Source of the DNA: Vitrella brassicaformis CCMP3155
Taxonomy: Eukaryota; Protista; Chromerida
NCBI GenBank assembly: GCA_001179505.1
Contig: CDMY01000104.1
Coordinates: 124,001-188,000 of the forward strand
Direction: 5' to 3'
DNA length: 64,000 nucleotides
Part shown: piece by piece, positions 1-12,711 of the stretch
Layout: each line of letters begins with the position of its first letter
Numbering within the stretch: position 1 is the first letter of the stretch
Translations under genes and position numbers: made by a program
Notes under the pieces: model-generated
Told to the model about the DNA's origin: nothing
The model's database searches: none
Seen by the model: only the letters and a program-made list of their open reading frames with translations

Positions 1-121
1 AGACAGAGACACACAGAGGGGGCGATAGACGGGGCGTTGTGTCGCTGAGCCTCGCTGTCTGCAGATCGATGCCTTTTCTCCCCCCACCCCCTCTCTCTCG
101 GTGCACGTGTCTTCCACGCAC

Positions 122-346
122 CGAATGCCATGACGAAGCAGGCGATCCACCCTGCATGGCACACGCAGCACAACAGGCACCACACACACCCGAGTGGACA
201 CACGAGCACACACGGAGGAGAAAGAGAGAGGGGGAGGGGGAGGCGCTTTCACCCGCAACGACGATCCACATGTAATCCTGCACACAGACGTCCCACCCAC
301 CGATGTGTCGACCCCCAGAGCAGGTCTGGAGGACTTACCGTCACCA
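122..346 (-). CDS. 5' end of a PiT/PHO4 (SLC20) family phosphate transporter; the gene runs off the left edge
   Basis: Three GT-AG exons (346-338, 277-253, 151-122) splice to MVTDYMWIVVAGWIACFVMAFG. This matches the first TM helix of PHO4-family transporters, which precedes the GANDVAN signature (that signature would lie outside the window). Confidence 0.6.
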
Positions 347-486
347 TCTTGGCAGGCCAGGGCCAGATCTCCAACGCACAGGGCTCGCGAAAGGTGGGAA
401 AACGGAATAAGACGGAGACGATGGAGGGAAACGGTCGGGAGAGAACGGAGGGAAAACGTCGCAGCCGTTGGAGATCGGCGGCCATT

Positions 487-497
487 CTAAGCTCGCA
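487..497. promoter_or_regulatory. Recurrent promoter-proximal motif (CTAAGCTCGCA)
   Basis: Lies about 140 bp upstream of the PiT start codon; the same word occurs at about 10 other gene starts in the window. Confidence 0.6.
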
Positions 498-1175
498 ATC
501 GCGAATCTCGACAGCGGGGGTTTCAGCGTCATTCTCTCATTCCTCTTGTGCCATCTTGCTCCGCATTATTCAAGTACAATCCTCGCCCCCAAAGGGAAGA
601 GATCGACATAAGCACACGTCGATCTCAGCCCGGGGCTACACGTACGTACACAAACATCCACACCAAAAAGACAGCCAGCCATATGCGCTGTATGCAGTGC
701 AGATCTGCACAGCGGATAAGCGAGACACATCGACAGATCCATCCATCCATCCATCCATCATACATACAAACAAACACGCACCTTTCAAAAAGCCCGCCCG
801 CAACTCAACTCACTGCCATGCACAACACGCGTACAACACATCATGAGTGCGGATCGGATCGGTCTTGCCGTCCATTGGCTACACAAGCGTGTCGGCTGTG
901 TGGCCAGCCAGCCATGGTATCCACCCCCTCACTGCCCACCCACGTGACGTGATGCAAGCCTAGCCAGCGTAGATAAATAGGTAGACTAGCAATAGGCAGA
1001 CTGCTCCCAACAGAAGACAATGAACACACACGCAAAAAGGACCTAGCTACCCTCGCGCGCTGCAGGAACAGACGCGCACGTCGGAAAATTCGCCGGCCCC
1101 GCACACGTGTGTGTGCGGCCACACAGCGTTGCAGCTACCCATCCATCCGGATGGGTGGCCCCAATTATTGCTCGA

Positions 1176-3989
1176 CTAGATGAGCCTGAGTGTCTCCATG
1201 ATGCGCTCGAAGCGCGGCACCATGGGCATAATGGCGGTGCCGATGGCCAGCTTGCGGTAATACGGGTAGGGGTCCAGCAGCAAATCGGGAGTCAACTTGT
1301 TGGGCCTGCACACAACACGACCACACACACAACCACCCCATATATATGTGGAAAATCCATGTGAGCGCATGTGTGTGTGTGTGTGTGTGGTGTCATTGAT
1401 GTCCGTCCCTTACGTGTGAGCCATTTCGACGGCGCCGAGCTTCAGCAGGATATCCCCGACGGGCCGCTTGCACTGCGGCTGCACCCGCACAAACTCTGTT
1501 TGATTACAGTGATCAAGAGACAGTGGCGAAGAGACAAACCAATGCATAAACACCTTCTTGAGCATTGTTTTCGTGTGTGTGTGTGTGTGGTCTTACCAGC
1601 CATGAGTTCCGCGCCTTGTGTGACGAGCGGTCCGGCGCCGTATCTGGGCTGTTGTGTGCCGAAGACGAAGTAGTTCTTCTTGCCGGGCACCACCGCCCCC
1701 TCGATGACGTTGGGCGTGCCCTGCTCGGTGTAGGTGAGGGTGGGCTCACACATGGGGAAGTTGTTGTGGTAACCTGAGAGACAGACAGAAGAGAGAGAGA
1801 GAGAGACATCATTCACACACATGGATGTCACTTACCGGTAGCACAGACGATCAGGTCGACAGTGATGGTCTGCCCATCCACGAAGGTCACTTCCTTCCCT
1901 GGCACACACACACACACAGAACACCCAAAACGCACCCATATTCACCCGGGCCACCCACCCACACAAACACACACGACCACACCCACCCACCCACCATCGA
2001 CAGACTGAATGCCCGGGTGCGGTTTGATCTTGCCGAGCTTCAAGTAGTGCAGGAAGCTCGAGTTGATGGTGGGGTGCAGCTCATAGATGTCGTGGTCGGG
2101 CACCGGCAGCCCATACAGCCGGTAGTCGCCCACACACACCCTCAACGCCCGCTTGACCATGAACTTGGTCAGCCAGTGGGGCCACCACGGCGGATTGTAC
2201 TCTATTACCGGCCTGCACACACAGAGAGAGGGAGAGGTGTGTGTGTGTTGGGGGCATTGTGTGGCGGGAGGTGTGTGTGGGTGTGGTGTGCTGACTTGCC
2301 GCCGACGACACGTGGCATGAACCAGTGGCCTCGGCGAAGCGACGCGTGTGCCTCTTCAGCCGCCTGGGCCGCATCGGCGTTGACGTCACACGCACTGTTG
2401 CCTGGACGCATACGCACAGGCATATAGAGACTCACACAGATTTCTGTATGTGTGTGTGTGTGTGTGTGTGTGTGCGTATGTACCTGCGCCGAGAACGAGG
2501 ACGCGCTTCCCTTTGAGCTGCTCGGGCGACTTGTAATCCTTCGAGTGGATCAACTCCCCGGTGAAGGTGCCTTCACACACAGAGGGGGTTTGGACAGAGA
2601 GAGAGTCTCCTTTGTGAATGAGGACCACCCGTGCACATGTCATGTCTCGTCTCACTTACCGTTGAGCTTGGGCCACCGTCTGTTCCTGTGGTGCCCCGTG
2701 CAGACGTACACCCCCTTGTAGGTGTGCTTCTGCGGCTCGCCGCCCTCCTTCTCGACCGTCACGGTGTACGAGTTGCCCTGCTCGTCGTCGGGGACGATCT
2801 TGCGCACTTGGGTGTTGAGCTGCACCTTCGGCAAGATGCCCCAGTGGGCCGCATAGCTCTTCAGGTAGGAGTGCATCTGCACACAGAAGGAGAGAGAGAA
2901 AGAGGGAGAGAGGGGGAGATGCATGTGTGNNNNNNNNNNNNNNNNNNNNNNNNNNNNNNNNNNNNNNNNNNNNNNNNNNNNNNNNNNNNNNNNNNNNNNN
3001 NNNNNNNNNNNNNNNNNNNNNNNNNNNNNNNNNNNNNNNNNNNNNNNNNNNNNNNNNNNNNNNNNNNNNNNNNNNNNNNNNNNNNNNNNNNNNNNNNNNN
3101 NNNNNNNNNNNNNNNNNNNNNNNNNNNNNNNNNNNNNNNNNNNNNNNNNNNNNNNNNNNNNNNNNNNNNNNNNNNNNNNNNNNNNNNNNNNNNNNNNNNN
3201 NNNNNNNNNNNNNNNNNNNNNNNNNNNNNGGGGCTGTGACGTGCCTGTTGTTTGGAGGGGAATTCGGGGTAGTGTGCCGGCATCGGGAAGTCCTTGTACT
3301 CTGTGGTGACGCGGCTGCTGATGATGTGCACATTGTCATATACCTGACGCGCACACACGCACACACCATCCTTACACACGTGTGTGTGTGTGTCATCATT
3401 GCGTTGCGGTACTGACCCCGTTCAGCCAGTTGCCACCGATGTCCTCATTCCCGTCCACTATGTCGAAAGGAATCCCGCGCCGCACCAACGCGGCCGCACA
3501 CCCGAGCCCACCCAAACCTGCACACACCACACACCACACACAGAGATCACCACAGACACCACAAATGGCGACATCCCTGCCCTGTGTGTGAGAGAGGTAC
3601 CTGCTCCAACGACGAGTATCTTGTCCTCCGTTTTCTCGACGCCGGCGGCCTTCTGCATCGCCGCCTTGTCTACACATGGCAGATCCACCAACAGACGCTC
3701 CGGGTGCAGCCACTGGCAGAACACATACCTGCCACACACAACAAAACAGACAGCAACCGCAGATCTGATCTGATCATCTCGCTGTCTGTCTTCATGCCGT
3801 CTTCTGGCAGTACCATGCGACTCCCAGCACGAGGGCCAATGCCGTCACGGCCAGGAGGGCGACGTGCAGCAAAGATGACGAGAGGATGGAGGTCAGGAGA
3901 GGCACTGCGGCAAGCATGACGGGAGTTATCCAGCGGAGGATGCAGCCAAGGCAAGCTCCGAACGCAGCTCCGAGGCAACACAGGCCCAT
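1176..3989 (-). CDS. FMO: Flavin-containing monooxygenase (class B FMO) with an N-terminal hydrophobic anchor; about 12 exons
   Basis: Spliced motifs: KILVVGAGLGG (FAD binding), DIGGNW, FTGELIHSKDY (FMO fingerprint FxGxxxHxxxY), VLVLGAGNSACD (NADPH binding) and CATGY. Exon 1 (MGLCC...VLGVAW) joins YVFCQW in phase 2. One N gap lies inside an intron. Confidence 0.9.
2930..3229. other. Assembly gap (300 N)
   Basis: Run of N. Confidence 1.
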
Positions 3990-4004
3990 CTAAACGGTCT
4001 CGGA

Positions 4005-4030
4005 TTAGCTCGCAGATGGCTTGCGAGCTT
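4005..4030. promoter_or_regulatory. Inverted pair of motif half-sites (TTAGCTCGCA 4005-4014 and TGCGAGCTT 4022-4030)
   Basis: Lies in the 199-bp interval between the divergent start codons at 3989(-) and 4189(+). Confidence 0.6.
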
Positions 4031-4188
4031 GAGAAGGCGGTTTAGAGCACGGAAGTAAGCAACCCACGTCCTCTGTTTTCTGTTCTCTCGCAGACAGGAC
4101 AATCAATCGTGATTGTCTCTGAAGCAATCAACGACATCCAATGATTCCATGACATCCCCTCCTCTCTAGAGTACGCAGGGAGGATAGG

Positions 4189-5690
4189 ATGGACCGTCGC
4201 TCCCCGCCCCGTCGGCAAGGCAGCAAAGGCAGCAGCAGGGACGACACCCCGCCCCGGCGAGTCCACATAGACAGGCGGCCGGACGAGCCGCCGGCTCGGC
4301 GGCAGCATGACAGGGGGGACGGCGAGAGGCACAGAAGGGAAAGGTGGAAGAGCCGCAGCAGAAGCAGGGATAGAAGGTAGGGAAAAAGGGAGAAATGCAT
4401 ACAATGGAATGCATCCCATCAAGCGCACAAAGCACAAAGCATTAAGCACATCGCTCATCTGCTGTCTGTGTCTGTGTCTGTGTCTGTCAGTTCTCCGTCA
4501 TCACGTCGGCGCGGCTCGTGGCCCCAGCCCCCTCCCCCGTCCCACCGGCCGACCCCCCGGGACCATCGTGACGGCCGTGATCTTCGCGACAATAGTGACA
4601 TCCGGCGGGACGGCCCTCGGGATCGGGAGAGGGAGCGGGAGCGGGAGAGGGGCCATCGGGGGTTGTCCTTTTATGAGCAGGAGAGGCAGGACAGGGACAG
4701 GAAGCGCCGATCCAGAGAGAGGGAGAGGGAGAGGGAGAGGGACAGAGAGAGGGAGAGGGAGCGGGAGAGGGAGCGGGAGCGGGAGCATCTTCAGCATGAG
4801 AGGGGCCGGCGAGCGGACCGTTCTGACCACCCCCACTCACACCCCCACCCGCCCCGCTCACGCACCCCGCCACCTCTGCCAAACGGCAAATCGCCCTCCG
4901 CGGCACACAGGTACGCACATAACATACGCACGCACGTCTATCTTAGCATCCAATCCAAGTGTCCATTGTCTTGTCGGCCCGTTTGTCGACAGATCGGTGT
5001 ATATGGCAGACAAGGGCGACCAGATCACCCCTGACGCCATCCAGCCAGAGGAGCAGGAACAGCCCCCCGAGCAGCGGCAGCAGCAGCAGCTCAACGGCAC
5101 CGCCACTATGATTGACGAAGACGCCCAGGACCAAGACCAAGAGATGGCCCATGAGCAGGATCAGCAGCACCCAGACCACGAGCAGATGCCGATCAACAAC
5201 CAGGGAGAGCCACCAGCTGCCGCTTATGAGGAGCCCTCGGCCCCACCAGCAGCAGCAGCAGCAGCAGAGGAGGAGGAGGAGCAGCAACCTGACGACCATC
5301 ACTCCACCTCCGCAGCCGCACCCACTGCCCCACACACAAGTTCAGATGGCCATCCGCCGCCCCAATCACCGCCACCACCACCACCAGCAGCAGCAGCAGC
5401 AGCACAACACCAGCACGATGGCCATGTGCAAGAGCAGCTGCCTCCTTTGCTGTCGAGTCCGAATGGTTCTGGTGGCGGCGGTGTGTCGACTGTTGTGGCT
5501 GAGGTGCACTACGGCGGCAAGATGCGTCGGGTGCGTCACAGTGTGGAGAAGACCCTCACGGAGCTCATGGCCCTGTACGTGCGGCCGCTGCTGGGGGCGG
5601 CCGGCAGGGACACACCTCTGAGGGCCATACTGCTCTGCCGACCTGATGTGAGCACCCTCTCTCTCCTCCCTACTCACACACATAAGTCCA

Positions 5691-5726
<36 letters not shown>

Positions 5727-5847
5727 TGGTTAGGAGGAGCAGGCCGAGTACTTCCCTCTGAGTGCGCTGCAGTGGGAGGATCTGGGCGGTGGTCTGGGGC
5801 AGGGGGTGCGAGTGCGGTTCGAGCAAGACCCTTGGGGCATCACCTGA
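4189..5847 (+). CDS. Hypothetical protein: RS/RE/RD-dipeptide-rich N-terminus, Q/P/A-rich middle and a small globular (ubiquitin-like?) C-terminal region
   Basis: MDRRSPPRR...SRSRSRDR, then (RE)n, then VVAEVHYGGKMRRVRHSVEKTLTELMALYVRPLL. A phase-0 intron (GAT|GTGAGC...TTAG|GAG) leads to a last exon EEQAEYFPLSALQWEDL...PWGIT*. Confidence 0.65.
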
Positions 5848-7879
5848 CACAGCTCCGAAGAGACGTGCATGCGGTGGGTGGGGGCCTGCTGTGTGCTCGT
5901 GTAAACGGTGTGTTTGTCGGTCAGCGAGCCTGCATTTTTGTGTGGGTGAGAGGTTTTTTCGCCGTGAATGCGTCGACCTGCCATCCCGTCGTATGTACCG
6001 ATTCTCTGCTTGAGTATCAGCGGTCGACGTCGGTCTCACGCGATGGCTTCATTCGCGTGACGGCAGCGTTTGCCGCTGGCGCGCTGGCAGAGAATCGATC
6101 GACACGACGGGGCGGGGGAGGGGAGGTTGAGGGAGTGAGGCTGATGTGTACAGCGAGACGATGCCAATCGGGGACGAATGGATTGATGGAAACATCGTTG
6201 TTTGTCGTGTCTGTCATGACGGAGGATGGAGCATACATGCACACACACGCGCACGCACACAGTGGATGGATGGATGGATGGGCGTGTCGAGATTGTTGAT
6301 GAGTCCACCGGACACGTGTCTTCATTCACGCACCACAAGACGCTCTCGCGTCACTTCGCATATCGTATCGTGTTCCCGCTCCCCACCACCACCCACCACC
6401 ACCACCACCCCCTCACACACAACACGCATTTGTAAGAATAAACCCAGCGATTGAGCTGCTCCACTGCAACACTACTCTCTCTCTCGCCCTCTTTCTCCCC
6501 AACTGTGTGTGTGTGGGTGTCTGTCTCATTTTGTCAGTCTCTCTTGCGTGTAAGCCGTGCGTCCGTGTGTGGGTCTGATACACACGTACATTCACACCCA
6601 CACGTACACGTGACTTCTGTCTGTGTTCAATTGTGTTGCTCATCGCGACACACGCCTTTGATGCGACCGCAGAGCAATACCACGGAGAAAGTGAATGGCC
6701 ACACACACACACATACACACACACATGCGTGGGTGTCTAATTTGCAAAAACAGCAGAGACCGTGTTCGACTGTGCGTCGGCAGATAAAGTCGTCATCGGG
6801 CTATGCGGGCGGTCGGGCGGGCGGGCGGGCAAAGCTGCGAGTGTAGGTGTCCCTATCTGTCGCCGCCGCAGCCAGCCAGCCTGCCAGCCAGCCTGGAGAG
6901 CGATGCCCTCCACTGGAAAAGGTGCGCCCTCACACACACACACACACACACATGCACACATGCACACACACGGACACTGCGACGGACAAAGCCACACAGC
7001 CGGTGGCAGGAAGGAGCATGAGAGAGAGAGATCGATTTAAATACACACACAGCATAGCATCTCGTTCCAATAATAAAGGCCACCCACCATTCATGACATG
7101 CCGTCCACCCACCCCACATACCCCACACACCCACCCAGTTCCATCGGACAAATGTTATCGTTCCGTCAAAGGAGGGAGAGCGAGAGTGAGCCGCTGCAAA
7201 CAGAGAGAGACAGAGAGAGAGAGAGACGCACAGAGAGGGGGCGAGAGGTGCAGCGCTATGGATAAGAGGGACAGTTCGAGAGGGACAGCTCGAGAGGGAG
7301 AGAAAGAGAGATGCAGCCAGCGTTATGTTACGTTGTTGGTCGGTCGTCTCACAGGCCCAACAGACAGACAAACGCGCAACAAACAAACATTCCTGCCCTT
7401 AACAGGCACGTCGCCCGCCGCCCACAGCTATCTAGCTATCTATCTGTCTACCTACCCCACCTACTGCGTCAATCAGAAACGGGGAAAAACGATATATTGA
7501 GTAGCATCGCGCCCCTCAGCCCCTCCGGTCATTAGACAGCACCACAGGCAGACAGACAGACAGACAGACAGAGAGAGGGTCCGGGGCGTCATGTGTGTCG
7601 ATAGATACGTGCCGACACATCCACCGTGACCACCCACAGCAGCCTCTCGATCAGCGTCCGCCCGCCATGAGCCAACAGCACCCACACAGACATACAGACA
7701 TACAGCCAGCTCAGTGAGCTCCCTCCCCCACACACGCGCAGCACCGGACCGACCAGAAACACCACATAGCATCGCACCCAACAAATACATACAGGAACAC
7801 GCCCACACACATGAACACATGCACACATGCACACATATACACATACACATCAGCTACACACAAAATGGCAATCTCTGTC

Positions 7880-10377
7880 CTACAAGCCGACCTCTCTCTT
7901 GACAGCCTCGTATTCCTCCTCGAAGCACCGCAGCAGCAGGTGCGGGTCCGCCAGCACCGCAGGGTCGCTCATGACGGCGATCTGCAGCGTGTCGTTGGCG
8001 GAGAGCACCGACACACCCACCCCCATGCCGTAGCGGAAGGGCACGTGGAAGAAGACGCTCTTGACGCCACACACGACGGGCGAGAGGAAGAGGGGGGCAA
8101 GCTGGGGAGGGCCCGCCACGTTCGATATGGCGCAGGACACCTACAGACACACACAACACGGGCAGAGAGAAAGAGAGAGACAAGTGTGTGTCTGGGGGGG
8201 TGTGGGTGGGNNNNNNNNNNNNNNNNNNNNNNNNNNNNNNNNNNNNNNNNNNNNNNNNNNNNNNNNNNNNNNNNNNNNNNNNNNNNNNNNNNNNNNNNNN
8301 NNNNNNNNNNNNNNNNNNNNNNNNNNNNNNNNNNNNNNNNNNNNNNNNNNNNNNNNNNNNNNNNNNNNNNNNNNNNNNNNNNNNNNNNNNNNNNNNNNNN
8401 NNNNNNNNNNNNNNNNNNNNNNNNNNNNNNNNNNNNNNNNNNNNNNNNNNNNNNNNNNNNNNNNNNNNNNNNNNNNNNNNNNNNNNNNNNNNNNNNNNNN
8501 NNNNNNNNNNGGGGTCACGTACGCATTCGAACAGCTCCCTGACAAAAAGTCCGCTCAGCCACGTGGGCATGGCAAACAGCACCCCCTCCACCACAAGCGT
8601 CACTCGCTCAACCATCGGCAGATACCCAAACGCCCCCAGGTCCGCCGACCGCCCCAGCAAGGGCTGACGGTTGAAGAAGCGATGCAGCCGCACCGACACG
8701 GCCCTCGCCCGGTCGGCCGCAGAGTGGCCCGGACAGGTCGGGATGTTGAGCAGGTTGCAGGACCATTGGTTGCCGATGGTCGACGGGGGGCCGGTGCGCG
8801 TATTCTTGGGCATGCAGATGCCCAGCTTGCCCATCACCGTCGCATGAGGCGCGTGCCCGACGATGGCCACGGGTTTCTTCTCGTCGTCGGAGAGGGAGGG
8901 GCTGCAGCTGCAATCGCCATTATCGGCGTTGTCTGCCGGTTCTGCGGGTGTGGGTGGAGGAGTGGGTGGTGCGGGGGGTGGGAGGGTGATTGCGGGGGCG
9001 TATGTGGCGATGGTGTCTTCCTCGTGGAATGTGATGGCGGGGGAGAGAGTTGACGAGGGGGTGGCTGTGGCTGTGGCGGGGAAGACCTCTTCTGGATCGG
9101 TGCGCACCTGACGACAGAAATTAAGAGAGACAGAGAGATGGGAACGACGCGCCTCGGGCTGTGGGGTGTGTTTGTGTTGTGTGGCGGCTCACCGATGCGG
9201 TCTCGACCTCCATCCTCTCTCCCCTCCCGTCAGCAGCAGCGGCGGGTGCCATCGGCAGCGGCAGAGACACGAACTCCTTGGTTGCACCACTGTCCAGCCG
9301 CCAGCCTGACGTGCCGCGCTGCACCTTCTCCGCGTACCGCACATACGCCCCGCTCAGGCAGCTCACCATCAGGTCGTTCAGCGTCAGCTTGGCACCACGC
9401 TTCTTCTGCTTGCCCTTGCCGCCACCACCACCACCACCAAGGAGCGTCTTGACTCTCTTGGCTTCGTTCAGGCTGATGGACAATGGCAGGGTGCAGGTCA
9501 TGCGATGGTCGCGGGATCTCGCACTCCGTCTCGCGCCTGGCGTGTCGAAGGAGAGTTGCTTCTGGGCGTCGCAGAGGTAGTAGACCAGCGTGACCAATGG
9601 GGCCATCACATAGGTGGTGATGGTGTCAGCAAGCGTGGGTGTGGGGGAGGTGCCTGTGGGCTGGGGGGATGGGGCTGTGTACGAGGCTACTGCGGCCGAT
9701 TGTGGGTCGAGCAGGGCTGGGAGGAGCATCTGGAAAAGGGCGATGCCGTCAACGATCGAGTGGTGGAAGCGGAGCAGGACGACGGACGACGGCTTGACGC
9801 GGAGCTCGGCCTCATCGTGGTCCACAATCGTCACCCCCTCTAGCACCAACACCTGCCACGCCGGCCGGCCGCGGCCGAAAGGCGTCCCCGCCACCCTGTT
9901 GATCCAACCCTCCAGCTCCCTCTTCGTCAGCGCGCCATTCTCACCCTCGCCCCCATCCTCCTGAGCATCGCCGATCGGCACCTTGACCACATGGTGGTCC
10001 ATGTCCATCGCGTCGGACTGCACCCACCCGAGCTTCCACAGCCGTCTTTGCACAGCGCAGTGCAGCCGCGGGTGCTTGAGCCGCCCGTACACATCGCACC
10101 CGAGCCACCGTCGCCCCACCATCTCCCTGAGCGACTCGGCCGTGAGGCTGCCGTCCGCCACAACTGTCGCATTGATCAGGAAGCGCTCGTCGGTGAGGAA
10201 CTGGATCTCCTGCCCCGTCAGAGGCGTGAACGGCTCGCGGGATCGGCGCAGCAGCAACGTCAGCATACGGAAGCAAAGGTCCGATATGGCTGTGATGGCG
10301 TAGTAGAGGGCGAGGAAGGGCAGGAGGAGGGCAGCGAGGAGGAGGGCTGCGGGGAGCTCCAAGATAATGGCCGCCAT
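7880..10377 (-). CDS. Wax ester synthase/diacylglycerol acyltransferase (WS/DGAT family)
   Basis: Catalytic HHSIVDG (HHxxxDG), RGRPAWQV, TLNDLMVSCLSGA, IGNQ, and a C-terminal ISNVAGP...GVGVSVLS...LQIAVMSD segment (WS_DGAT_C/DUF1298). N-terminal TM helix. Confidence 0.9.
8211..8510. other. Assembly gap (300 N)
   Basis: Run of N inside a WS/DGAT intron. Confidence 1.
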
Positions 10378-10551
10378 CCTTTCCGTAGTCAGTCAGTCAG
10401 AAGGCGCCTCGCATCTGTCAGTCAGTCAGTCGCCCCACCTGCAAACACGCAACCAAACACACGATGCGAAAAGGTGCTCCTCCGTTGCACGAGTGCTGTG
10501 TGGACGTACCTCGTCGCAAACCAGCGCGGGAGAGAGCGCGCAACTCACAGA

Positions 10552-10563
10552 TGCGAGCTTAGC
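10552..10563. promoter_or_regulatory. Recurrent motif TGCGAGCTTAGC
   Basis: Exact 12-mer midway between the divergent starts at 10377(-) and 10768(+). Confidence 0.65.
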
Positions 10564-10767
10564 CGTTAGATTTGCCTGGTCGGGCTGGCGATTTGCAGTG
10601 CCCGGCAGACGTCCCGACAGCCGCACCGACTCCCCTCTGTCTGCCTCGTAAGAAACGACGTCACTGGAAAGAGGCGAACTCTTGTGTGCAGATCTCTGTC
10701 GGTGTCGGGATCTTGTGGCTGCGGTTGTGTTTGTTCAGCTCACGAAGTGCTTTGCAGTTGAGTACAG

Positions 10768-11652
10768 ATGGCAACGCCACGGCAGCAACCCCTCTGCACC
10801 TTCTCCCAGGGCCTCCTCCTGCTCTTTGTCATTGCCCTTCTTACACTCAGCCACGCACAGCCGCTGACACTCAGCGAGACCCCCGAGGGCGACGCCCTCG
10901 CCCTCTTCTACGGCAAATCCTCTCTCGGCATCGACGACGACCGATCTGACGACGTGGCCTCTTGGACAGTCAAGGCCGCCGAGGCCGACGACACACAGCA
11001 GGCGGCCACATCTGCAAATGCTGCCATTGGGTCGCTGCAGTTCGAGTCCATCAACTGGCACCCGCAGAAGGCCGACATCCACATGACGGTCCTGCCGTCG
11101 TGGAGCCAGTACGACCCTGAGGCTGGGTGCTTTGTGTACCGCGTCGAGGCGCTCGACGATCAAGGCGGGGTCATCAAGGAGTCCAACGTGGTGCGGTCGA
11201 GGGCGTGTTCGGGCGGCGATGGGACTATCGACGGTGCGCGGGCGCACGAGCTGCTGCTGACTGCTGCGGGGGAGGAGGACGACTATGTGCTGCCGATGGG
11301 AGGAGCCGATGATCTGGACGCCTATGGGTCTGATGATGCAGATCTGGAGGGTGGTAGTGATGTGACTGTGGCGCCAGAAAGCGCGTCGAGCAATAACAAC
11401 GAGGCCTGGGTTGACGAGGAGCAGGTGCAGTCGCTCAGGAGGCGGTGGGAGGAGCACACAGAGGTGGAGGTGGTGGCCGAGAAGGAGAGGACCACGGCGC
11501 CGGCAGCGGAACACACTGAAGATGCTGACAGTGACAGTGAGAGTGGTCAGGATGATGGTCATGAGAAGAAAGATACAAGAGACGCCAGCAGGAAGATCTT
11601 TCCCGACTGCAGCCCTGCGGAGCCTTTTTGTGGCAGAGTGCGAGTGCTGTAG
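10768..11652 (+). CDS. Intronless, probably secreted, acidic hypothetical protein (294 aa)
   Basis: Single ORF with signal peptide GLLLLFVIALLTLSHA|QP, D/E-rich regions and a C-terminal Cys pair (PDCSPAEPFC). Confidence 0.7.
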   Translation: MATPRQQPLCTFSQGLLLLFVIALLTLSHAQPLTLSETPEGDALALFYGKSSLGIDDDRSDDVASWTVKAAEADDTQQAATSANAAIGSLQFESINWHPQKADIHMTVLPSWSQYDPEAGCFVYRVEALDDQGGVIKESNVVRSRACSGGDGTIDGARAHELLLTAAGEEDDYVLPMGGADDLDAYGSDDADLEGGSDVTVAPESASSNNNEAWVDEEQVQSLRRRWEEHTEVEVVAEKERTTAPAAEHTEDADSDSESGQDDGHEKKDTRDASRKIFPDCSPAEPFCGRVRVL

Positions 11653-12711
11653 GGCCGATAGGTGAGGTGGATCGGCGGCCTTTTTCCGCCCCCTCTCTGC
11701 TCGATAGATACTTGTTCTCGTCTGTCTGTCTGTTGGTTGGTTGGAAGTGTGTGTCTCTGTGTGTGGTGTGGGTCTGTAACTAAACTAGGTGTCTGCAGAG
11801 AGAGACGGGAGTGGAGTGCGCTCTGTGCTGCTGGGGCGGACAGACAGAACAGACAGCCATATTTGTGAGGTGTAATTGACTGATGGTGTAATTGACAAGA
11901 AAGTGGTGCTGGTTGTGATTTAAACAGACGTGCTTGACGTGACGTGATGGAATGGAATGGAATGGACGCAATGGATGCGAAGAAAGCTGTGCAGATGAGT
12001 GGCGTGATTGGTTGGTTGGTTGCACAGGATTGGTGTGCACATCATGGCCTCATGGTGAGTGTGTGTGTGCGCGTGTGTGTGGTTGTTATGTGGTTGTGTG
12101 CCCTGTTCTGTAGTGTGTGTGGAGAGAGAGAGATGTCTTTCGTTTGTACCGCGTATATGTATATAATATGTGTGTGTGTGTGAGATAGTCACGTGTGTGT
12201 GGATAAATGCCTGTGTGTGTGTGTGTGGAGAGAGAGTCTCTAGGTGCCCTCATCTCATTTGTGTTGGTGTCCTTCCTTGCTGCCTGTTTGTTTGTATGCC
12301 CCAAAGAGAGTGAGTGACTGCAATCAATTAGGACCTTTATCGTAATGATGATATGAATGAAGGTGTGACGGACGGATCAACACTTCCTTATCCATCTGTC
12401 CATCCAGCCACCCACTACGCGACGCAGCTTCCGTCACTCTCACCGTCAGTCGACTCGACTCAAGCAACCAGTGACCAACAAACAAACAAAACCGCCGCCC
12501 AGCACGCAGCACGAGCAAACTTACAAACCAAGACATATTCACAGTGTCCCCCCCTCTCCCTCCCGCTCCCCTCCCCATCACAAAAGGCAGCACAGCAGCC
12601 AGGCCAGCCACCTGAGCAAAGCTGACTCGACTCAGCAGAGGAGAGGATAATCCATTCATCCAGCGCATAGGGCATTATTGGCCCTCTCTCTGTCTGTCTC
12701 TGTTGTGACAG

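Noticed and set aside
953-964. TGCAAGCCTAGC, a near match to the promoter motif
   Set aside because: It has two differences from the core consensus and no gene start lies next to it on the facing side; it could be a distal PiT element or chance.
5850-7870. Possible additional gene between the RS-rich gene and WS/DGAT (ORFs 6017-6325, 6762-7040, 6847-7500)
   Set aside because: No coherent exon chain, no protein motif and no promoter word; best explained as convergent 3' UTR or intergenic DNA.
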